Shown piece by piece: positions 55,745-64,000 of a DNA stretch of 64,000 nt. Made by a program: the position numbers and the translations under genes. Below the pieces are notes generated by a model. The model saw only the letters and a list, made by a program, of their open reading frames with translations, searched no databases and was not told the DNA's origin. The number at the start of each line of letters is the position of its first letter. The stretch's first letter is position 1. Source of the DNA: the human T2T-CHM13v2.0 reference genome, Homo sapiens; the NCBI RefSeq assembly GCF_009914755.1, contig NC_060929.1; one strand, 5' to 3'.

Positions 55745-58132
55745 AGAGGAAAATTTGAACTTAATATGATACTGAAATGAGAATTGATGTTATTGTAAGA
55801 AAGCCCAGTCCAGAAGTAGTTGACTATATTGGAAACATTGAGATATTTGAAAATGACATCAGTACCTTGCTAGCATTCTTGGTTTTTCAAAATTAAATAG
55901 CAAGTGTTTTGCTTCTGGCCAACTAGAATGCTCAGAGACATAAACAGCTCTGTATTAGTTACACACACAATGATAAAGAAGAAAATCTGTCTACCATAAA
56001 GGAAGTCACATTCTCATTCTAACAATAGAAACATGCTTGTCAAAATCAGAATAAGATATGATAAAAAAAAAAAGATTACCCAAGTCACAGCCCAGAGAAT
56101 CACAAAATAAATTTTAGAGGTCTTTAAAATAACTTAAAATATTCCCAAATGGAATTAAAAATTGGAACAAGTAGGAGAATGCATGTGAGACTACATGACA
56201 GAAATTACTGTTAAGCTCATTACCTATAACTTCAGCCATGAGAGTAGAAAGGGTTTCACACCATGAGAAGAGGAGATGATAAATAGAACCTCTGACTACT
56301 CCCAATTTATATACTAATTAAAAATGAGTCACCAGTCAAGAAAAGACCAACATGATGTCAACAAAGGGTTTCAAGAGATTAGTAGAGTAATGGACTGGGG
56401 GTAAAGGTAGAGGTTATTCCAAAAATGGAGATATTGGCCAATTATTTAGGCATAATATAAAATATATTTTAAATAAAAATTCTAAATTAATCATTGTTTT
56501 GGGATATGGAAAGTCCTTGGTGACACTAGCAAAAGGCATTTCAAATAAGTGCAAGAACACTTTACCAATATGCCTGATAATTCAGTGGTTGGCCACAAGA
56601 TTATTGAAGGTGGCATCAGAATATTACTTTTAACATGAATTAACAATTACATATCTCAGCAAAACAGTGATGTTTTTAGTGATTCTTAATTTACTTTCTA
56701 TGACCTCTGGCATTTAAATTTTATATAATAAACTCCAAAGATTTATGTCTTTCTAGGCTCCATTTGTTTTTCCCTTTCATTTTACCCTTCTCCTATTCCA
56801 TATTTTATGCCTCTGCCTCAACCTGTAAAATAGATGAGCAATGTGTAAAAAAAAAAAGGCATCTTTAATTAAAGTAATGAGTATATCATGTCTAAAGTGT
56901 TGGTGGCTTCTCCTTGAATGAATGTTTCTACTTTTTTTCCTAAAAGACTGGATGATCTATTTTAAAACTAAAATAATATAAATGCAACTAAAAAAAAAGA
57001 GACAAAACAAAACAGAAGATTTGATATAGAAGTATCTGAAAACTTTAAAAACTTTCTACCAAATATTATTTTTCTGACAGTAATCCTGATGGGTGGGGTT
57101 ATAATTAAACGGAATGCCTAAACTCAATGGTGATGGGGAGAGAAAAGAGTGGCTGAGGACTGGTGGTGTCAGGGTGACAAAGCTCACAGTATTCAGTGTT
57201 TAGAGCAAACATGTTGAAGACAATGACCCTTTCAGAAGGACTGAGGAGTCTGTTTTAGTAGAAAGTCAAAGATTTAAAAAATTACTCTATTATAGCCATT
57301 TATTCTTCTTATTTTAAGTAAGAATTCTCCCTTAACTATTGGACTTTGAAAATTGTTGGATACTAAATAACTGCAAAAAGCTCATCAATGACTATGTATT
57401 TCCTGATATACTTAGTTATAAATTTAGACATTCCCAGTAGCTTTCCATCATGAAGAAGTGTTGTATAGACAATAGGGGAGAATCCTGTCCATTGTCTTAA
57501 TTAATTTTTAGGCACTGTTTGAGAACATTATATGCATAATTTCAATAGATATTTACCGTACTTTATTAGATAGATGCCAGCATTTTTCTGTTTAAAAAAT
57601 CAGATATTAGAGGCACAGAGGTTAAATATCTCAATCAAAGATACTATCTTTTGAGGAATAGAGCATGCATTTGTACCCATTCTATACTTCTAACCCTGTT
57701 TAAGACTGCAACTGCAAAAAATGGAAAAGATGTAAAAAGATCAATTTACTTTATGTTCATTTTGCTAAAATAGTCATAAATATTTTTGTATGATGTACAT
57801 TTTATAAGATAAAAAGTTTTTATGAGATAAATTATAATATTGAATTGATTTATATAATAAATCACTTTTCCATGTGTGTGTGGGGGTGGTATAAAATAGA
57901 TTTATATTTTGTTTTGGAGTATATAAAAATTTAAGATTTACGATAGCTTACAGAACATACATAACATAGCAAGAAAAATGAGTTTCAATGTGGAAAAATA
58001 AATATGAATTGAAGTACACAAATAGAAATACATGAAGAAAAAATTGTAGGTTAAGTAGCAAATAGTATCCCTTGTAGCTTTGAAGTGAAGTCCAGCTGCA
58101 GAAATAATCAACTATCAAATAAACTGTAAGGC

Positions 58133-58562
58133 TATCTTAGTGTGTTTTCTGTTGCTTTCAAAGAATTCCAAAGACTGGGTAATTTATAATGAAATAAATT
58201 TATTTCTTACAGCTCTGGAGGCTGGGAAGTCCAAGTACATGGTGCTGGCATCTCAGTATCTGCTTAACTGCTAATGATGGCATCTTGCTGTGTCATAACA
58301 TGACAGAGGACATCACATGGCAAGAGAGAGAAAGTATAAGAAAGTGAGGCAAGAAAGCAGGCCAATCCACTTTATAACAACCCGTTCTCTGGAGGAGTAA
58401 CCCAGTCTAGCAAGAACTGCATTAATCTCTTCATGAGGGCAGAGGCCCCATGACATAAACACCTCCCAGTGTTGGAAGGACATTGTACCTCCTAACATTG
58501 TCACCTTGAGGAATTAAATTTTCAACACATGAACTTTTGAGGGACACACTGAAACCATAGCA
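58133..58562 (-). mobile_element. MSTC/MSTD-type MaLR solo LTR
   Basis: gactgggtaatttataatgaaa..ctggaggctgggaagtccaag..aaaccatagca; perfect TSD AAGGC. Confidence 0.88.
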
Positions 58563-59481
58563 AAGGCATAGAGAGTTACTTTCTTTAGTATCTCATCTTA
58601 TATACAATATGGAAATGCATACAAATAAAGTAGGTATAAAACTAATCTCCAAAGATATTGTGGTGCTAACTTGATTATTACAATTGCATTGATGTGAATT
58701 GACATTATAAAGACCTATAGATTATATGGCTGAAATTCTTTTTTGGGTTTTATTTTGCTTTTTAAAAAACTTTTAAAATAATTCATTGTTTTGAGATAAT
58801 TTTTCATTTTTCCTTCTGATCTAGTAAAACCAGTGTTCTGTTTCTAGTTTGTGTCAAGTTGGCATTGTAAAATGGCAATGTATATATGGGACTCACATTC
58901 TCAATTGAAATCTGTTAAATTCAAAATGGGAACTGGAAAGCTAAAACACAGTGTGTAGAATCTGGAACAGGTACAATTGAATCAGAAAATGACATTACAT
59001 ATGGCTAAAATAGAAATAATTACAGGAGAGGAAATCCTAGGATGAAATGTATTTGTCATTAATATTGGGTATGCCAGTTTCACAAGATAATAAATGTTAA
59101 GTCATTATAAACTTTTACAACACTCTGCCCACACTTTTTATTTACAAATTTATAACAGATTTTTTATTTAAAAATTTTTAATTTACGTGGTCTTAATTTT
59201 CTTAAAAACAAATCAGAGTTATGAAAAAGAAAAAAGTTATCTTTAAATTTGGCACACTAGCCATAAATTGCAGATCCAGAGAAAGGAGATATTTACTATA
59301 TTAAATAATATATTAAGTCTTTCTCTTAACAATCATGATATATTTCTCAACTAAGTCTTGTTTTTGTGTCTTAGAATAATAAAGTACAGTACTAATCCAT
59401 AATAATGTTTTATATACTTTACTAGATGTATTACTAGGTATTTGATTTTTTTTTTTTTTTTTTGCTAGCTAGTATTCTTTT

Positions 59482-59483
<2 letters not shown>

Positions 59484-59531
<48 letters not shown>

Positions 59532-59810
59532 AGATGGCATCTTGCTCTGTCACCCAGGCTGGAATGCATGGCATGATCTCAGCTCACTGCAACTTCTGTC
59601 TCCTGGGTTCAAATGATTCTCCTGCTGCAGCCTCCTGAGTAGCTGGGATTACAGGCACCCGCAGCCTCACCTGGTTAATTTTTGTATTTTTAGTAGATAC
59701 GGGGTTTCACCATGTTGGCCAGCTGTTCTTGAACTCCCAACCTCAAGTGATCCACCCTCCTTGATCTCCCAAAGTGCTGGGATTACAGGCATGAGCCACC
59801 GCATCTGGCC
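59484..59810 (-). mobile_element. AluSx/Sz with 47-nt pure T tail, inside an old antisense L1M fragment (~59250-60450)
   Basis: Antisense dimer; TSD core AGTATTCT (59471, 59812). Confidence 0.92.
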
Positions 59811-61184
59811 AAGTATTCTCTTCTCTTTAATTACATTTCTATTTGATAACTATTATGAGTTGAATACCAGAAGTATAGCTTGTTTTTTATAATCATTTTA
59901 GATTTAGCCAACTTGCTAAACTCTCATTATTTCTAATATTTTGTCTTTAAAATATTTTGTATTTTATAATTATGTAATCATATAACCTGCAAATAAATTG
60001 TTTTTAAATTTCTAATCCAAATGTTTTTATGCATTATTTTTTGTTTTATTAATTTACTTACACTTACTATATTTAAAAATTTTAATTAAAGTTACAATAT
60101 AATTACTCCTTTGTCTTAAGATTCATTTTCAATAGTCTTCTAAATCTCTTTCAGTGTACTTCATACAAATTTTTTGTAGTTTCTTTAAGGTCCTGATTTT
60201 TTTTTTTATATTCAATGATACATATTTTTTCTCTTTGATATATTACTTTTTAAATGTGGTTGCATTTTTAAATATTTTTTTCATCAAATGAGTAAAGTGT
60301 GTAAGAAATTTTGGATTTTTACTTCATATCAAATCTTACTCTTTTATTTGCTATATTGATTTACTTTTTGTCTCTAAACTGCCAGAGCTTTTAGTAAGAC
60401 CCTCTAAAAATGTTTGCTTGTGAAGGTTTTTTTTTCCTTTTCAGTACAAACTCTCAAACTTCTGATTTTCTTCTGACTATATATTTTTTTGCTAACACTC
60501 ATCCTGAATATTCTCTTTAGAGCCATATTGAATTTAAATGCTTGGCTTTGTGAGTTCACAATTAGGGGAGAGAGGACGATTACTAGCTTCTTCTTTAGAA
60601 GACAAGTTCAGTGGGAAATAGAACAGACAGGCTTTATATTCAGGGTTCTCTAGTTCATCCAAAACCATTAAAATATGGTATTTCAGTTTTCATGGTTTCA
60701 TACTTCCTCAAAAACTGACAATTTTATATATTAATTGTTAATTCAAATAGTGTTTTAATTCAGTGATACATATAATTGCTTCTGAACTGGGTGGGCATTT
60801 AGAAGTCAAGTATAGCAAGGTGAGGTAGAATTCTATTCAGATAATGTCCCTGAGGTTTATTCAATGCCTAAGATGAGAATGGAAAGATATTAATGTGCCC
60901 TTCTATCACTCTCTGTTATGTAAAATTCTCAGGAGCAGCCATGTGATCTCACAGTTTTAATGTGTTCATCACCTCGAAACAAGTTTACAGTAGCAGCTAG
61001 CCAGCATTTAGGGGAGAGATCCTCCATGTTATAGAGTCTAAGGTAATAAAAACTGCTAACTTAATAACTGCTTGACTTCAGAAGTCCATGAGTCACTTGT
61101 TTCCCACCACAGAAATAAAAAAAAAGTGAAGACCATGCATTTGGACTTGGCTTGTTCTTAAAATGATGCATAGTTTTCCATGAT

Positions 61185-61629
61185 TGTGGGTACCTGCTGG
61201 ATGAAAGGAATACTCAGACACAGGTATGCAATGTAAGAGCAGCTAGGGGACTTCCCGGCACTAGTGGCCCAAGAGTGAGTTGTCTGGAACAGCTGGAGCT
61301 GCTTGCTTTTATTCAGTGCAGACATAATGCCGAAAGTCTGAAGCCAACACAATCTGTGGGTAATTAACATTATTGTTCCCCCTTACAGGGAGCAGTCACG
61401 CCTGCGGATGATCAAAGGTCAGTTTCCGGACAACATAAGTTCCAGATAACAAGCCTATTTAAGATAAATTCCCCTACACCCCCTTGTAGCTATTCCTCAC
61501 CCTCTGCCTTAGGGTAAAAGAGCTGCCTTCAGCTTATTGTCCCCCAGAGCTATGCAGAGCCTTCCAAACTTTTAGAAGGCCTGCTCCTTTCCCTATAATT
61601 TCTCCCACTACTCTGACCAATCTCCTACA
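61185..61629 (-). mobile_element. LTR22 (HERV-K HML-5) 3' LTR
   Basis: Minus strand TGTAGGAGATTGGTCAGAGTAGTGGGAGAAATTATAGGG...CCCACA, preceded by PPT AAAAGGGGGAGA (61630-61641); AATAAA near 61308-61313. Confidence 0.9.
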
Positions 61630-64000
61630 TCTCCCCCTTTTCTGTTTTTTTGCATCAGGTTTTGTTGATTGAAGAGTATAGATATGTGCAGAGACCGGTT
61701 TGACAGGAGCAGCGGTTACAGCTCATGTTTTGGCTTTGCATCCTATAATTAGTAAATAACATAAGACAAACATGAGTATAATCAGTATTATTCTTTTCCA
61801 ATCAAGGAGTGATATGTAGTATTACTTGGTACTTCAGTCCAATGTGTGTTGTTACTAAGGAACCCCAATGGGGGTACGTCAACCCCTCCCAGTCAAGCAG
61901 TTACATTATTAGAGGCTAGGACAGGGGTGTCTGCCCAGGTAACAGGGTGGAAGAAAGGTGGATCCAAAAGATGGGCCCAGTAGAGAGTAGCAGGTGCAGG
62001 TTGCAGGCAGAGTGAGAAAATAAAACAGGTTAATACCCTATGAGAGTTGCAATGTACAACAGAAAGCATAGCAAGGAACAAATTATCTGGAGTGAATGGT
62101 GTCTGTGTCTGGAGCAGGATTCACTCAGCCTCCTGATTTGTCTTCTTCAGCATCCCCCAGGTAATGTCCGGGCTCGTGTTGTGTGAGCAAGCTGCATTGT
62201 CCAGGGCTGTGGATCCTTCAGGGTCATTTCCTTCATTTCTGGTACAGGGCTAGGTCCCAGCCATGCCATGGTATGGTTTGATGTGTCATGCTGGAATCCA
62301 AAGACGAACTGAGGGTGTGTGTGAACACAAGCATATCCTCTTCTCCACATTAGCAAATCATTTGGACCACATCATCCATTACTATTTACATCTTTCCATA
62401 AAACCGTGGGTTTTATGTCTTGAGAGGCTTTTGCCAAATGCTATTCTATGGCTGAATGAAATTTATCATTTAAATTTTAAAAATTAAGGGTAAATAAGGC
62501 TTGTGCTAGTAGTGTTGCAGGTCCTTACTCGTATTCCCCCTTTTTTGTTTTCTGAGCATATTTTTAATGATGGAGTGGGCACATTCTACTATGGCCTGTC
62601 CTTGGGGGTTATACGGGATACCGGTGGAATGATGGACATTCCATGTGTGACAAAATTGGTGAAATTGTGAGCTGGTGTAAGCTGGACCATTATCAGTTTT
62701 AGTTTTTGTGGGCCACCCCATAAATGCAAAAGTTAAGAGAAGATGTTTAATGACATATCGGGTGGAATCTCCAGGAAGAGCATGTGAGCTAATTAAGTGG
62801 GAATTGGTATCAATGGATACATGTACATATCTAAGTTTTCCAAATTCAGGGATGTGTATAACATCTGTTTGTCATAACTGATTAGGTTTCAGTCCTCTAG
62901 GGTTAACACCTGTTGAAGGAGGCGACATGCCTGTAAGCTGGCAATTTGGGCATTGCAGGATAATTTGTTTGGCTAGTCTTTGGGTTAACTGACATTATTT
63001 AGGTAAATTTGGGCTGCATTGCCCTTTAGGATAGAAAACAGGCTTTGTAATTTATCAGTAGTTATGCTCAAGGTGGGGCAAAGCCAGTTAATATCGCCCA
63101 GTAATTTTTGATAATCATTTAAGGTGTGTAAGTTGTTAGTATTCAATTTAACCTTCTGAGGTCTTTCTGACCAGGAAGTTAATATGTATCCAAGATATTT
63201 CCAAGGAGAGGACATCTGTACTTTTTCAGCAGCTATGATGAAACCTCTTAACTGTGTATTCCTTTTGACAGAGACATATAAATTCAAAAGTATTGGCTGT
63301 TTGGGGCTGCAAGTAAGATGTCATCCATATAACGGATGATCTTGCAATTAGGAAATTCTTTTTTACTGGGAAGCAAAGCCTGATTTACATGATACTGACA
63401 CATGGTAGGACTGTTTATCATTCCTTGAGGAATTGCTTTCCAATAAAATTGGCAAGCTGGCCTTTTATTATTGATAGCTGGTATTGTAAACACAAATTAT
63501 TATCTGTCCTGTTTTGCAAGGGGAATAGTATAAAAGCAGTCTTTTAAGTCAATAATGACTATAGGCCAATCTCGAGGAATCACTACAGAGGAAAGGAGCC
63601 CCTGTTGAAGGGGCCCCATAGGTTGCAAATAAGCATTGATAGCACTTAAGTCATGCAAAAGTCTTTATTTACCAGATCTTTTGGGAATGACGAAAATCAG
63701 TGAATTCCAAGGGCTGTTTGATAGTTCTATATGGCCTGCTTTTAATTGTTCCTCAACTAATTCATGGGCCCATTGTAATTTCTCTCCCTGTAAAGGCCAC
63801 TGTTCTACCCAAATGGATTTTGATAGAGCCATGTTAGGGGTAGTGGAGGAATCACAACAGTAGCCATTATTAGAAAAGGGTCTGCAGGGTGACCCCCCCA
63901 TTGGGCTAATAGGTCCCATCCCCAAAGATTAACAGGGATGGGCATGATTAGAGGTTGTATATTAACATAGGGACCCCTCCCCTGCAGCATTGCAGCCATT
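61630..64000 (-). mobile_element. HERV-K(HML-5) internal region: pro end, pol (RT, partial IN), truncated env; continues beyond the window
   Basis: NLWGWDLL; WVEQWPL; [12 protein letters not shown]; PQGMINSPT; YMDD 63320-63331; KTDNGPAY; TGIPYNPQGQAIVE; env leader YWAHLLDPPFFHPVTW. Confidence 0.93.
63874..63880 (-). other. Probable pro-pol -1 frameshift slippery heptamer C CCU UUU
   Basis: CCCTTTT sits at the pro/RT boundary, as expected for betaretroviruses. Confidence 0.45.

Overview
Human (primate) genomic DNA: AT-rich and repeat-dense, with no recognisable host protein-coding exon, RNA gene or CRISPR array. A human-specific AluYb8 at 43745 fixes the species. Almost all ORFs in the track are repeat-derived or spurious. 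The window holds remnants of all three endogenous retrovirus classes: a class I HERV-W/ERV9-like provirus (20842-24945, minus), a class III HERV-L (24946-~30135, plus) and the 3' half of a class II HERV-K(HML-5)/LTR22 provirus (61185-64000, minus). It also holds solo LTRs (LTR17, LTR1, MER76-like, MER34-like, THE1/MST/MLT1), Tigger/MER DNA transposons, L1/L2/MIR fragments, about 11 Alus and a ~0.9 kb almost pure-AT modular minisatellite. The most notable structures are: (1) a head-to-head ERV1/HERV-L composite sharing one LTR that carries two kappaB sites, AP-1, ETS and an ISRE-like array, with a Pro-type PBS and an in-frame pro-env fusion; (2) a ~145-bp templated inverted duplication at 54957-55744 flanked by an 18-bp direct repeat; (3) a doubly deleted HML-5 provirus. 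Repeat family names come from recalled consensus sequences, not a database search. I found no convincing novel protein-coding system.
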